64,000 nucleotides of DNA from Felis catus (lineage: Eukaryota), in assembly GCF_018350175.1 (NCBI RefSeq), contig NC_058368.1:226116001-226180000 (forward strand), written 5' to 3'. A model generated the notes under the pieces. The model was not told the origin of the DNA. It searched no databases and saw nothing but the letters and a program-made list of their open reading frames with translations. The number at the start of each line of letters is the position of its first letter. Within the stretch, counting starts at the first letter, position 1. The position numbers were made by a program, and so were the translations under genes. Positions 1 to 12,924 of this stretch are shown here, piece by piece.

Positions 1-277
1 CACAGTATAAACACTCTCCAACACTGTTTTCTATTCCCACCGTATCCAGCACATCTTGGCAATCATCCCATGTTAGAAGGACTGGTGCTTCCTCACGGTT
101 TTCAACGTTGCATAGGATTCCATTATACGATGTATTATAATTTATATTATCATTCCTCTATTGATGGATATTTAAGCTGTTTTACTCTTTAGCTGCTGTA
201 GAAAGTGCCACAATTAATAGTCTACTACTCTGTCTTTAAGTTTCTGTGTAAGTATATCTGTAGGCTAAAAGCCCTCA

Positions 278-497
278 GGGGCACCTGGGTGGCTCAGTCG
301 GTTGAGCGTCCCACCTCAGCTCAGGTCATGATCTCACGGTTTTTGAGTTCGAGCCCCGCATCGGGCTCTGTGCTGACAGCTCAGAGCTTGGAGCCTGCTT
401 CAGATTCTGTGTCTCCCTCTCTCTCTCCCCCTCACCTACTCATGCTCTGTTTCTCTCTGTCTCAAAAATAAATAAAAACATTAAAAAAAATTTTTTT
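278..497 (+). mobile_element. Can-SINE (SINEC_Fc-like)
   Basis: GGGGCACCTGGGTGGCTCAG head, CT tract, A tail, TSD AAAGCCCTC. Confidence 0.95.
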
Positions 498-688
498 AAA
501 GCCCTCCAATAGAACTGCTGAGACAAAAGGTATACATGTTTTAAATTTTCATACATATTGACAACTTTTAGGGAGATTATATAAAAATTATACCACCAAT
601 AATAATATACCATGTGCCTATTTCTCCAAAATCTTGCCCACTCAGGGTGCCACATAATTTTGACAATGTAAGTAAGAAATGGTATCTT

Positions 689-873
689 TTAAAATTTTTT
701 TTTGATGTTTACTTATTTTTGAGACAGAAAGAGACAGAGACACAGAATCCGAAACAGGTCCAGGCTGCGAGCCGTCAGCACAGAGCCCGATGCTGGGCTC
801 AAACTCACGGACCGTGAGATCGCGACCAGAGCCAAAGTCTTACACTTAACCGAGTGAGCCACCCAGGCGCCCC
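689..873 (-). mobile_element. Can-SINE with internal deletion
   Basis: TSD AGAAATGGTATCTT at 675-688 and 874-887. Confidence 0.93.
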
Positions 874-1019
874 AGAAATGGTATCTTATTATAGTTTTCA
901 TTTGCAATCTCTTATTTTGAGGTGACTTTCTTTTCATAAGCATGAAAAAGTTTATATCTCCTTTCTGAGAATTACCTACTCATGACCTTTGACTGTGTGC
1001 ATAAGATTATTGATTTCTT

Positions 1020-1245
1020 CTTTTATTTTTTAATTTTTTTTTCAACGTTTATTTATTTTTGGGACAGAGAGAGACAGAGCATGAACGGGGGAGGGGCAGA
1101 GAGAGAGGGAGACACAGAATCGGAAGCAGGCTCCAGGCTCTGAGCCATCAGCCCAGAGCCTGACGCGGGGCTCGAACTCACGGACCGCGAGATCGTGACC
1201 TGGCTGAAGTCGGACGCTTAACCGACTGCGCCACCCAGGCGCCCC
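1020..1245 (-). mobile_element. Young felid Can-SINE
   Basis: CpG-rich copy, TSD TGATTTCTT at 1011-1019 and 1246-1254. Confidence 0.96.
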
Positions 1246-1736
1246 TGATTTCTTACTTCTTAATAATTTGTAATAAATCAGTAGTATTTATAGTAACCAT
1301 TAAATATATTTACATAATTAGAGACATTATCTTCTATGTGAATATTGCCAATATTTCTTGCAGTTTGCTATTTGTTGCTTGACTTTGATCATGTTGTGGT
1401 GGAATTTTTTTATATGATTATTTTATAAGCAACCTATTCTATCTTTGAAGGTCTCTGTCTGGGAGTCAACACTATAAAGAATATATCATATTTGTTCTGA
1501 GAATTCAGATTTAACCTAAATTTTTAAAAACTGTTTGCTAGGGGCCATGCATGCCAACATGCTTTCTAGGTGAAACGGGAGAAGATTCTAGCAGCAACCA
1601 GTGGACAGTGAGCACACTCAAGTAGAATCTGACCGCAAGAGAGTTGATCTTTGAAAAGGTTCTACATCTTAGATGACAGGGAACATAGCATTTAAGATAC
1701 AGGATAAGAGTCTCCATTTAAAAATATTTACTCCGA

Positions 1737-1891
1737 GGGGCTCCTGGGTGGCTCAGTCAGTTGAGCGCCCAACTCTTGATTTTGGCTGATGATCCCAGGA
1801 TCATGGGATTGAGCCCCGTGTCTGCCTCTGTGCTGAGCGAGCCTGTTTAAGATTCTCTCTCTCCCTCTGCCTCTCTCTCCCACTCACACAT

Positions 1892-1923
<32 letters not shown>

Positions 1924-1950
1924 AAATAAAAACAAATAAATAGATAAACA
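1737..1950 (+). mobile_element. Can-SINE with (CT)n
   Basis: SINE head and tail, flanking repeat CATTTAAAAATATTTACT. Confidence 0.9.
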
Positions 1951-2842
1951 TTTAAAAATATTTACTATGAAAAACAGAGGTTAATTTGGAGAAATATTTG
2001 CTTCCATGATCAATGAAATGTAAGGATAGATGAATTCCGGGAAATAAGAGTCCGATGACAAGATGAAAACCCCGTCTTGCACGAGTTGGGATGTACCTGA
2101 GAGGTGGGTGGAGATAAAAAGATAACTGGGTGAGACAGAGAGGGTTGAAAACAATGTCAAGACAAAATTATGGAGGTAAACTTGTCGTTGGAAGACTAAT
2201 TGGTACTGTAGAAAAACAAACCATGAGGTGAAAGCGAACGTAAATATTTCAGAATACACAGGGAAAGGACAAAAAGAGAATAAAAATGAGCCAAAAGAAA
2301 ACGAAAATAGAGGAGGAAACACAGAAATGGAAAGCCGCTGATGTTGATGAAGACGCTAGAAGAGATGAGATTAACAAGAATGAGGACAGTGTCGCGTTCT
2401 GATTTCTTCACTGCAAGCTGAAGAAAAAAATTCTGGGTCATTTCACCAGAAAGAAGAATTTACTTACAAGTAGTGGCTAGCTCACGATATCTCTAAGAAG
2501 CTTCCAGAAGCAGGCTTGGCAACTTGGTAACCAGGAAGCAGGCACATGGTTAGGCAAAGATGTTGCTGCCTGGACCTCAGAAGTACTGAACGCGGGATCC
2601 AGAATGCCCCCACTTCCTGCCGCACCGTGTGCTTGGGTGTAGCTGCTCCCAATACTTTTTCCCAGGAGTGGCTTTTGTTTCAAAGTCTGTAGTGGTACAT
2701 CTAAGTGGGTAAGTGTAGATCATATCCTTGTATCCCCGACGCTAGGAAGGCAGTGAATGTGTGGTGACTGCCATTGTCACTTTCTGTAGAGGTGCACAGG
2801 CTTTTCCAAACAATGAGAGGAACTTCAAACATGAAAAAAAAA

Positions 2843-2987
2843 AGCATGCAACTCTTGATCTCAGGGTCCTGAATTTGAGAACCACGTTGGGTGTGGAGCC
2901 TAGAAGAAGAAGAGGAAGAGGAAGAGGAAGAGGAAGAAGAAGAAGAAGAAGAAGAAGAAGAAGAAGAAGCAGCAGCAGAAGCCTAGA
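2843..2987 (+). repeat. Short Can-SINE remnant followed by (GAA)n/(GAAGAG)n/(GCA)n microsatellite
   Basis: GCATGCAACTCTTGATCTCAGGG SINE core, pure purine tract 2902-2969. Confidence 0.85.
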
Positions 2988-2994
2988 TGGATTG

Positions 2995-3637
2995 GGTTGG
3001 ATTTAGAGACATGTTTCTAATGAAGAGAATACAATAAAAGTGATGGGATATCCCTCCTGAGATTAGGTTACAAGAAACTGACTGCCTCCTTGCTGGACTC
3101 TCTCTCCCTGGCTCCTGTCACTTACTCATTTGATGACACAAGCTGTGACGTTGAGCTGTTGAACATCCAGTGGAAAAATGGAATCCTGCCAACAGTTACA
3201 GGAGTGGGCTTGGAGGCAGATACTTTCCCAGTTGAACCTTGAGATGAGTCCCATCCGAGCTGACACCATGACTGCATCCTGGAAGAGATTCTGAGTCAGA
3301 GCCACACAGCTGAGCCACAGAAATGATGAGATAGGATATGTTGTAGTGTTTTTTTTTTTAATATTTGTTCATTTTTGAGAGAGAGACAGAGACAGAGAAC
3401 GAGTGAGGAGGGGCAGAGAGAGAGAGAGAGAGGAAGACACAGAAACCGAAGCAGGCTCCAGGCTCTGAGCTATCAGCACAGAGCCTGATGTGGGCTTGAA
3501 CTCAAGAACTGTGAGATCATGACCTGAGCTGAAGTCAGATGCTTGACCAACTGAGCCACCCAGGCGCCCCAGTGTAGGTTGTTTTAATCTGCTAGGTTTT
3601 ATAGAGTTTGTTATCAAGCAATAAAAAACCAGTAAAA
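2995..3637 (+). mobile_element. MaLR LTR (MLT1E/F-like), interrupted by a SINE
   Basis: TGAGATTAGGTTACA..., TCCTGCCAACA..., GCTGACACC, TTTGTTATCAAGCAATA 3' motif. Confidence 0.7.
3348..3570 (-). mobile_element. Can-SINE
   Basis: Reverse-complement SINE ending GCCACCCAGGCGCCCC. Confidence 0.94.
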
Positions 3638-4644
3638 ACAAAACAAAACCCTAACTACTTCTTAATGATTCTTAGATCAAGAGTTAACCAAAACTAAAAC
3701 TATTGATTCCTCAGGAAAAAAAAAGCAGCGATGAAATAAATCACGTATCAAAATAAATAGGTGAGTTTTGACTTCTGACCTCAACGGTAGAGTCTGTGGC
3801 TGACCAGTACCTCAGTGAGAACAACCAAAGCTGGTTGCATTAAAAAAAAAAAAAAAAGATTCTATCTGAAGGTTCCAGAGACTGCAGACGCAGCCTGGAA
3901 TAAGGGACCAAGCTCCCGGAGAGAGGCCAACTTATTGGCTTGGATTTCTGCCAAGGCTGGGAACTGAGGGGCTAATATCCTGGACAGAAAGAAGAAGATG
4001 GAAGCCGGTAGGTGAAGTATTTCCCTTTCCTTGCCCTCCCCTCCCCCATAAAGACATTCCAGAGGTGCGGTTGGCCTGAAGCAAGCCCACCTGCAGGGCG
4101 ACATTTCTGCAGCCAGGCTCCCAGGGACCCTCCTGACAACGGTGCCTCACCCGCCTTGTGCCTCATTCCTGCTCCTGGGAATGCTAATTCCTAATAAAGT
4201 AATAGCTCATAAGCCCCTCCGCCTGAGGCTTTGCTCGGTATTGAAACCAGACTCCAAACAAATGAACAGAAACTAAAACATTTTTAAGACACCAACAACA
4301 GCTAATTAGGAAACATAATGGGAAAAGCACCCCGTACGTTTTATTGGGTTGTGTTTTCATTATCAGTTAAACATATTTTCTAATTGCCATAGTGATTGCT
4401 CCTTCAGAACCATAAATTGATACACGTGAAGTGCTAAAAGGTACATAGTACACCCTGTATAAGTGCTGGCTTTTATTCTTGAAAAGCATAAAGATAACAT
4501 ATCCATAACGGTACATTTACATACATATTAACATACAGTATTACAAGTAAAAGGAAACTTACAGTGTATGTGACAAACAAAATAATAAAACAGATGACAT
4601 TAATGCAGTGCCCTCTATGTCTTATAGGACAATACCATGTACTT

Positions 4645-4746
4645 TTATCCACACTTTATAAATGAGGAAACGGAGGCACAGTCATTTGTCCAGGTCATAC
4701 AACTGGTAAGTGACAGAGCCTAAATTTGAACATAGGCAAATCTGAC
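4645..4746 (-). mobile_element. MIR core fragment
   Basis: ATAAATGAGGAAACGGAGGCACA...GGTCATACAACTGGTAAGTGACAGAGCC. Confidence 0.8.
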
Positions 4747-5278
4747 CATTGATAACAGTCCAGTTTAGATAATGAGAGGCATAATAAAGACTTTTTCTTT
4801 TTCAAACCCTATTAAAATATAAGAAGAAATCTCTAAGTAAACCCGTAAGAGACTGGAAAGCCAGTGGGGGTGCTAATGGCATAATAAAACAGGAAATTCT
4901 GGAACATAGAAAGCAACTGGTAATTGAGTGAGAGATATGCTAACAGAGCTGAGAACCTACAACCTGAGGACACTGTAACTTGAGCTCAAAAAAAAGAAAA
5001 AAGCAGGAATGGGAGAAAGCATGGGCTGAGGAGGTGAGCCTTCTAAGCAAGGGTCCTCAGGAGCCCAAGATTCCAAGAACCCCCGAGGGATGTGGAGATC
5101 TCACATCACAAGTACGGACAGTACGTCTAGCTCTGTGTCTGTGGGTCTGTCTGTCCTCGTGCCTCCCTTCTCCATGCTCTCCTGTCTCCCTTCCTCCTGC
5201 CCTCACCCATCCCCACACCCCACTCAGCACCAAATGCTGTGTCGAATAGAAAACATAAACGAAACAAAGGTCATTCCA

Positions 5279-5380
5279 GGGGTGCCTGGCCAGCTCAGTT
5301 GGGAGAGTATGTGACTCTTGATCTTGGGGTCATGGGTTTGAGCCTCACTTTGGGTGTAGAGATTACTTGAATAAATAAAG
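5279..5380 (+). mobile_element. Short tRNA-like Can-SINE
   Basis: GGGGTGCCTGG...GACTCTTGATCTTGGGG...GTAGAGATTACT + A tail. Confidence 0.88.
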
Positions 5381-6439
5381 ATTAAGGAAGAAGAAAAAGG
5401 ACATTCCAAATTACTATAGGGTAAATAATTATTTTAATTACATTATATATTATGTAGAATATATAGTTCTTATATAAACACTACACATATATTAAAAGAT
5501 ACAAACTTTACACATAAAAGTGTATATTATATAAATATAATAGTAAATAAGCTTAATAATAATAATTAGCATGGTTAAAGAGTTTCAATATAAAGCTAAA
5601 TGAACACAAATCCAACAGACTCATTGAGCGATTTTCACACTCTTAAAAATCGGCACATCAAGGAGAGAAAAGCCCATTTACAATGTACATATGACTTTGC
5701 CCTAAACAAAATAAGAATATGAAGTCTTTTCAAGCGCTTATGAAAAAAAATGACAAATGTTCACCACAAGCACTAGGTTGCAAAGGAAATCTTACATATT
5801 CCAAAGCAGAGAAATCCTGCTGGCCCCATCCTCAGTCCACAATGATGTAAAAGCAAAAATAAGTGACAAAAAGCATGCTCTTCTCTTTAATATATTGTCC
5901 TTGAAAGTTTTTAAGTCATTAAAGAATACCATTTGAGAGAAAAAAAATTAAAATAGAAATGACATTCTATTTAGAAACGCTCAATGGGTTGCTGCCAAGA
6001 CACTGCTTCCAACAATTGTTTCTAGTTTTCGAAATAGAGCAATGACAGCAAAAAGAAAGCACAATTAAATTAATTAAATCAAAACTTTAATTTTTGGAAA
6101 GTAGCAAATGAGATAGTACAAATAAAACATTAGGTTGGAGGACATAATTATAAACATTTTTTAAATAAAATATGAAACTTCGAATCGTTGTCTTTAGAAG
6201 TCTACATGAAAAGGGTAATTTTCTAAAGAAATACAAGACGGGGGAAGAAACCTCAAATAAGAGGGGTTAACAATGTAAGGACAAAAACCTCACAAAGAGA
6301 GAGAGCAAAAAAGTATTTGCTATGCATGTAGCATTAGGGATTAATACCCAACCTATATAAAGTACTCTTATAAGACACTTAAAACTCAAAATTAAAACAC
6401 ACACACACACACACACACGCACATTCAAGAGATGGGGTG

Positions 6440-6655
6440 GGGGACACCTCAGTCACTTAAGCATCTGACTTCAGCTGAGGCCACGATCTCTTGGTTCCTG
6501 AGTTCGAGCCGTCCCACATCCAGCTCTGTGCTGACAGCTCGGAGCTTGGAGCCTGTTTCAGACTTTGTGTCTCCCCTTCTTTCTGCCCCTCCCCTGCTCA
6601 TGCTCTGCCTCTCTCTCACTCCCCAAAATAAATAAACATTAAAAAAAATTTTTAA
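6440..6655 (+). mobile_element. Can-SINE
   Basis: SINE body, CT tract, AAAAATAAATAAACATT tail. Confidence 0.9.
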
Positions 6656-6673
6656 AGTAAAAAAAAAAGATAG

Positions 6674-6790
6674 GGTCGCCCAGCTGGCTCAGTCGGTAGA
6701 GCATGTGATTTTTGATCTTGGGGTTATGAGGTTGAACCCCACGTTAGGTGTAGAGATTACTAAAAAAATGAATAAAAACTAAAAAAAATC
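6674..6790 (+). mobile_element. Short tRNA-like Can-SINE
   Basis: TGGCTCAGTCGGTAGAGCATGTGA...GTAGAGATTACT. Confidence 0.88.
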
Positions 6791-7202
6791 TTAAAAAATA
6801 AAAATAAATATAAATTTAAAAATATTCACAGGATATAAATATGCTATTCACAGAAAAGGGGATAATGAACGATAAACCGATAGAAAATAACACAACCTCA
6901 CAGGACATCAGGAATATGCAGATTAAAACCAGAAGACTACTTATGTGCTCTTTCTCACCACATTATAATTTAAAATGTTCACATGATGGCTCATATCCTG
7001 TTCTTTTGGACGTGAAGGGAAACATATAGGTGGAAGATAAATTGATAAACCAGTTTGCAATGTATGTGGGCAGCATCTATCAAAATTCAAACTCCGCCAT
7101 CTATCTTTTATTGTAGATTTCTACTTCTAGAGACTTTCTGTTTGGAAATATTCAAACAAAATGTATTAGTAGAAACACCCTATAAGAAACAATGGACAAC
7201 TA

Positions 7203-7423
7203 GGGCGCCTGGGTGGCGCAGTCGGTTAAGCGTCCGACTTCAACCAGGTCACGATCTCGCAGTCCGGGAGTTCGAGCCCCATGTCGGGCTCTGGGCTGAT
7301 GGCTCGGAGCCTGGAGCCTGTTTCCGATTCTGTGTCTCCCTCTCTCTCTGCCCCTCCCCCGTTCATGCTCTGTCTCTCTCTGTCCCCAAAATAAATAAAC
7401 GTTGAAAAAAAAATTTTTTTAAA
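7203..7423 (+). mobile_element. Young felid Can-SINE
   Basis: Perfect 18-bp TSD AAGAAACAATGGACAACT at 7184-7201 and 7424-7441. Confidence 0.96.
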
Positions 7424-7965
7424 AAGAAACAATGGACAACTTACGTTGTTACACAGAGTAAAGCACATTCAAAAACATGAACAGCCCTACAGCTTTAAAA
7501 AGAATGATATCCAAAGTATTATGGAAGGAGACATTTAACGTCATTCTATTTATTTATTTATTGTTTTATGAAAAAAAAACATTTAATGCAATTTTAAATC
7601 TCTTTTTAAAGCTCCATTTGGCAATGGTATCAAAAGTCTCTAAAACTTTCATCTTCTTCCTGCTGTCACCTTGGATCTCCCAACGTGTCCTGTTAAGCCT
7701 CAGACACCGTTCCTGCCACGCAGCCGCAGTTGCACGGTCCTAGGCTGGGACAGGGTCGGAACAGAGCCTGATAGTTGTGAATCCGTATAGGAGCTGCAGG
7801 AACAGGATTCCACACAGGCAAGCCCCCCTGGCAACAACGCCCGAGATAGATGGTCCAGTCAGTAAAAGCAAAGCAAAGGAAGTCTTGGGAGGCCATGTCC
7901 ACACCAAGTCCTCAACGGGCTACAGAAGTTACTGGAGTAGCCTCCCAAATTCTTAGAATTCTTAG

Positions 7966-8073
<108 letters not shown>

Positions 8074-8662
8074 TAGCTAGCAGCTGCTGAGAAATTCAAA
8101 ATTCAAGTGAGGCTGTTTAGAACCTTCCAGAAAAAGAGAGACTCCAAGTGCCTAAGAGGAGAGTGAATGGAAGGAAGTTAATGAAACAGATGTGAACATT
8201 CAGGCCCTGGAACTGATCATGTCATAAGCAAACGTGTCGAGCGCAAAGGCAGTTGGCGCCCTGCAGAACAGCAGTAATGACACTGTGAGTGTTATTATGG
8301 AATTAACAATGAGGCCATCCAAATAGAAGGGCTCTTCCTTCTTTCGGTGTTTCAAAAGAGCGACTTAGCTTGGTTTTACATCTGTGCCGTTTCCACCATT
8401 GATCCAAGTACAGTTTCTGTTCCAAACTGTTTGGCCTATTCCTTCTAATGCTGTGATTCCTCTTTAGGAAATGATCATAAAACACAAAGAAAAAAATTCT
8501 ATACTTATGCGTATACACATATTATTAAAATATAAAAAAAAAAAACAAACAACGAAGCAAAAACAAACAGTGACAAACATAGAAAAAAAGAAAAGCGAGC
8601 AATACTCTAACTGTCCCAGGAGAAAATAAACAGGATCTCCATAGAATGCGGTGTGATCTCGA

Positions 8663-9100
8663 TGTGAGGTCTTCGAGTGCAATGGTCGAGAAAGAATTCT
8701 TCAGACGGTTGACAGTGCAAAAAAGTGCTTTTGTTATAGCCTGGGGACAGGACCCCTGGGCAGAAATGGCTGCACTGGGGTTGTGGGGAGTGACTGCTCA
8801 TATAGGATTTTTTATCCTGTGGAGGAGAAAGTGATGTTAGGGCTCCAGGACATTGACTGTACAGGTTCCTGGAGGTCTTTTACTCAGATTGTACTTTTCT
8901 TGTAAAGCGTTAAGACCATGACAAACTCTGATCGAGTTTCTGTCCTGCATGACTGCAAATCTTTATCAGTTGACCATTTGTTGCTCCCCTGCCTTTGTTC
9001 TTGGGCAGACCTGAGGGACATCACAGGTAGCCCACCTTTGATGTGGGGGAGGGGGTGGTATGTGGGTGTCAGTTTGCCTTTTGCCCTTTCTTCAATCTCA
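8663..9100 (-). mobile_element. Carnivore ERV solo LTR (CarLTR-like)
   Basis: TG...CA ends. AAGAATTCTT...GGGGACAGGACCC..GGGCAGAAA..GCTGCACTGGGGTTGTG recalled from carnivore LTRs. Confidence 0.6.
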
Positions 9101-9120
9101 CCATTAAAAAGTCTATTTTA

Positions 9121-9338
9121 GGAGCGCCTGGGTGGCTCAGTCGGTTGAGCATTCGACTTCGGCTCAGGTCATGATCTCACGGTTTGTGAGTTTGAGCCCC
9201 ACGTCGGGCTCTGTGCTGTCAGCTCGGAGGCTGGAGCCTGCTTCAGATTCTGTGTCTCCTTCTGTCTCTACCCCTCCCCTGTTTGTGCTCTGTCTCTCTC
9301 TGTCCCTCAAAAATAAAATGTCAAAAAAAATTTTTTTT
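9121..9338 (+). mobile_element. Can-SINE
   Basis: TSD AAAGTCTATTTTAG. Confidence 0.95.
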
Positions 9339-9971
9339 AAAGTCTATTTTAGAAGGATATGAGAAAATGACCAAAATATACTGTCTGTAGAGTAGACTTC
9401 CATTAGCTGAGCCATATCTTTGGGAGGACTACAGGGCTTAGTTAATTCACTCAATTAGGAAAACTTTCTGATAAGTCTGCATTCCTAAAGACTAGCCTGT
9501 GGAGATTTCTTATTACGTTAAGGGTGTTCTTATTATGATAAAAGTGTTCTTAGTCCTTGTGTCCCCTCCTCTAGGCTTCAGTCAATCTCTGGCTCACTCC
9601 CCAACTCTGTACTTTCAACTAAACCCCTCTTCTTTGTCTTTCTGAAGAGGATTGGGGGAAGGGCTCAGATGCTTCTGGCCCTTCAGGGAGAAGCATTTAT
9701 GACAGAAAGAGAAAGCATTTATTTGTCTACCCTAACTTCTGGCTCAGTAGCAGAGACACCCCTTTGACTCCTTGTCTGTCACATTGTTATCCCAATGGAG
9801 ACTGTGGCTCTTTTCCTGCTCTTTCCAAAGATCCCTCCTAGGAAGGCATTTCTGGAGTGGAGAGAAAAGCTCCTATACTACGTACTTATGTTTGGGTAAT
9901 AGAATCAGTAGTCATTGTTTTATTTTTTTCATTTGTTTTCTGTATTTTTCAACATTTCAACAGATAACATA

Positions 9972-10668
9972 TGTAGGGAAGGAAAGGTAATTTTTTTCCT
10001 CTACTCTTCTAGGTTCTTGGTGGAGAAGGCCCCCGGATAGAAGATTAACAAGAGAAAAACAAACAGAAGTTTACTCCGGCATACATGGAGGGACCCAGGA
10101 GAACATCATCTTAAGGCTTAAGACAGAAGGATGCCGGGGGGAGGTGACCAGGAAAAGCTCAGGAAACAAGGTGAGGCTTGTTACATAGGTCTAAACTGAA
10201 GCCTTCCCCATGGCCAAGATTCTTAGGATTTAGAGTTGGCCTTGTGTTACCAGAGGGAAACATCCTTACACTTGCAGATTTCCCTTGTTAATGGAAATGC
10301 CCCTTAAGAGAGGGTAGCCTCTTGGTTTTCAGAGCTTTTGCTGTGGCTGCAGTTTCTTCAAAAATAAAAGTTAAGGGGCGCCTGGGTGAGCATCCCGACT
10401 TGGGCTCACGTCATGATCTCACAGCTCCTGAGTTCGAGCCCTGTGTTGGGCTCTGTGCTGACAGCTCAGAGCCTGGAGCCTGCTTCGGATTCTGTGTCTC
10501 CCTCTCTCTCTGCCCCTAACCCACTCGCATTCTGTCTCTTGTCTCTCTCAAAAATAAATAAACAAAAAAAAAATTTTTTTTTGAATAAGAAAAGTTAAAA
10601 AATCAGTTCCAGATCATCTTTATGCCAAAGAGGCATATTTTGGGGTGGAATGTTTGGCTCCCCTTCTT
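9972..10668 (-). mobile_element. MER34-like ERV1 solo LTR, interrupted by a SINE
   Basis: GCCAAAGAGGCATATTTTGGGGTGG end motif. Similar to 17248-17715. Confidence 0.7.
10375..10590 (+). mobile_element. Can-SINE with A-box deletion
   Basis: GGGGCGCCTGGGTG^AGCATCCC, TSD AAAAGTTAA. Confidence 0.92.
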
Positions 10669-10834
10669 ATAAAAAAATCTGCAAAAAAAAAAAAAAATCA
10701 GTCATTACAATTTTTTTCTTTTTGTCTTAAGAGTTACTAACATGATATTGGATGATAAGGGATTTCTTCTGAGTGTTTTGTATTTATGTATTTATTTATG
10801 TACTTATTTATTTATTTGTGAGACACCCCAACCT

Positions 10835-11280
10835 ATCTCTGTGATATCTCTCCTGATAGGATGAGGGCCCCCAAACGTGGGGTGACCCGACTGGGTGGAA
10901 GCTGGTGGGATGGGAGGTGAAAGGATTCACCCAGGGCAGAACAAAGGAAAGAGAAGTTCATTGAATGCATCACTATGGAGCTGCAGGCCAGACAGCAAAG
11001 CAGAGAGGATCTGCCACAAGGCAGTGAGTGAGGGTTGTAGTTAAAGGGAGAAGGTGAGGCTGTATGGGAACTTACGGGATACTCCTTTTCTGGGCCCGTG
11101 CCTGGTTGTAAGTAGCCCATTGGTAATTGGCCTGTGGATATTTTGGGTGGGTCACCTGATGGGCCTGTCTGTATTCAGCTGGAGAGGGGCTGGTTACTGT
11201 GGGCCCTTTGGCCTTGATCGGGTTTCCATTGCTCAAGCCTCTTCCCGAAAAGTGGCTTCTACCATCTCCAGACATGGACA
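10835..11280 (-). mobile_element. Probable ERV LTR fragment
   Basis: LTR-like composition with a degenerate reverse poly(A) signal. Family uncertain. Confidence 0.4.
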
Positions 11281-11696
11281 AGTAATCCTAGGGTTGGAAG
11301 ATACAAGTGGGCAAAGTCGCTCCCTATTGAGAACCGCAGGACTAGGGCCAATTTTAGGTGTGTGTTGCCATTTTTCCATTATGATTTATAAAGGGATTAC
11401 TCTCTGAAATATGAAAGTGAATACGCCTTTTACACCTGGATTTTTTTTTTAAGACTACACAGATAAGAGCATAGGAAGTACCATACTCACTCGACTCGAT
11501 GACCCTTCATTTCTGTTATTTTATTTCCGCTAGTGGCATCCAAACATGATTTTGAGAGAGTATGGCCATAATACTTGAAGCTATCAATCTCAAACGGTCA
11601 GGCACGTCTCAGTCCCACCTCCCCAGTGCCCCATCCTAACACTCCCTGCTACTCAGGAGCAGAAGGGAAAATGCAGATGAAAGTCACGTTTACCTC

Positions 11697-12067
11697 TGTC
11701 GAAAACAAGACATCAGGCCCCAAGTGGAGTCTCTTATGCTAAACCTCACATTGCCAATCCAAAACTTAATTATGGTTCCTGTCTTCCCAGAAATGGAGTC
11801 TTAAGCCTATCAGTCAGGAATCTCCTGGTCAGCACCAGACGGGTCACCTGCCTGACGGACCCCTGCTAGCCCCTAACAGAAAGTGACTTTGCAATAACCA
11901 GCCCACTTTTTGTTGCCCCGTATAACTTTCTTGCTCCTTCTGCCCCTTCTGCCTGTCAGTCTTTCATTTTGCATAGCTTCTCAGAGCCCCTTTCTATCTG
12001 CTGGATTGGGTGCTACCAGATTGATTTTTGCTCACACTCAATATTTTTTACACGCCTCTGTTTATCT
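11697..12067 (+). mobile_element. MER4-group ERV1 solo LTR
   Basis: CAGGCCCCAAGTGGAGTC..TTATGCTAA start, GAGCCCCTTTCTATCTGCTGGATTGGGTGCT R-region motif. Confidence 0.6.
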
Positions 12068-12325
12068 CCCATGCTCACTGCTTCATTATTAACAATAGCC
12101 AAGATATATAAATGGATGCAGAAAGTGTATTCTATATATGCAACAGAATATCATTTGGCCTTAAAAAAGAAAAAAATGCTACCATTTGCAACAACATGGA
12201 TAGACCTTGAGGATATTATGCTAAGTGAAATAAGTTAGGGAAAGACAAACCCTGTATGATCTCACTTGTATATGGAATCCAAAAATGTCCAGCTCACTTG
12301 TATATGGAATCCAAAAACGTCCACT
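12068..12325 (+). mobile_element. L1 ORF2 C-terminus/3' UTR fragment
   Basis: Encodes ...YATEYHLALKKKKMLPFATTWIDLEDIMLSEIS, the L1 ORF2p C-terminal motif. Confidence 0.92.
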
Positions 12326-12447
12326 CGTAGAAGAGTGGTTACAAACTGAAGACTTTTGTTTTTTAAGTGGTGAAGCTACACTGATGATCTTAGCTGTCTC
12401 AAGCCACACAGGTTTCTTTTTGGTCTGCTATGAGTTAGATGACACGG

Positions 12448-12700
12448 GAGGCGTGTAGCAGTGTGGGTAAGGGGATGGGCTTGAGCATCGCATTTCCCGG
12501 GGTGAAGAAGGCAGCCTCTGCTGCTTACTAGCTGCCCGGATGGGCACAACTCCTTTTCTCCGGTCCTACTTTCCCATCAGTAGAATGAGCATAATTGCAC
12601 CTGCTTCATGGCACTGTGGCAAAGATTAAATAAATTAACGCATGTTCAGCGCTTGGAATGGTGCCTGACCCAGGAAATGGTCAATCCATTTCAGTTATCA
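12448..12700 (+). mobile_element. MIR, near full length
   Basis: CTTACTAGCTG...AAGATTAAATAAATTAACGCATG...GTGCCTGAC. Confidence 0.8.
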
Positions 12701-12924
12701 TGGGTTAAGTGCAAGAGAATTGTTCATGTAGTTAAAGGTTCATTCATTTCTGACATAAATCTTCTTTCAAAGTGTTACAATCACGTCATTTCTCTGGTTC
12801 ATGAGCTAAAACATTTTTGGCTCCCCATTACATACCAATGCATTTGTACTTAGCACTGGGAGCAAACCATAAATTTCGTATGTATATAAATGATCTGGCT
12901 TCAACCCCTTGAGATCTGCTGGCC

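Larger units (their letters stand above)
5570..7540 (+). mobile_element. Highly diverged L1M ORF2/3' fragments, interrupted by SINEs and (CA)n
   Basis: A-rich strand with L1-like motifs (AAAGTATTTGC..ATTAATACCCA, CATCAGGAATATGCAGATTAAAACC). Confidence 0.55.

Noticed and set aside
1960..2560. Purine-rich stretch that might be an ancient L1/HAL1 ORF1 remnant
   Set aside because: Too diverged to assign by eye
3860..4260. Possible ERVL-type LTR remnant
   Set aside because: Only a weak 3'-end resemblance, with no clear termini or TSD
5279..5380. tRNA-Lys-like sequences (also 6674, 18521, 55629 and others)
   Set aside because: These are SINE heads with A tails and TSDs. No intact cloverleaf or acceptor stem.
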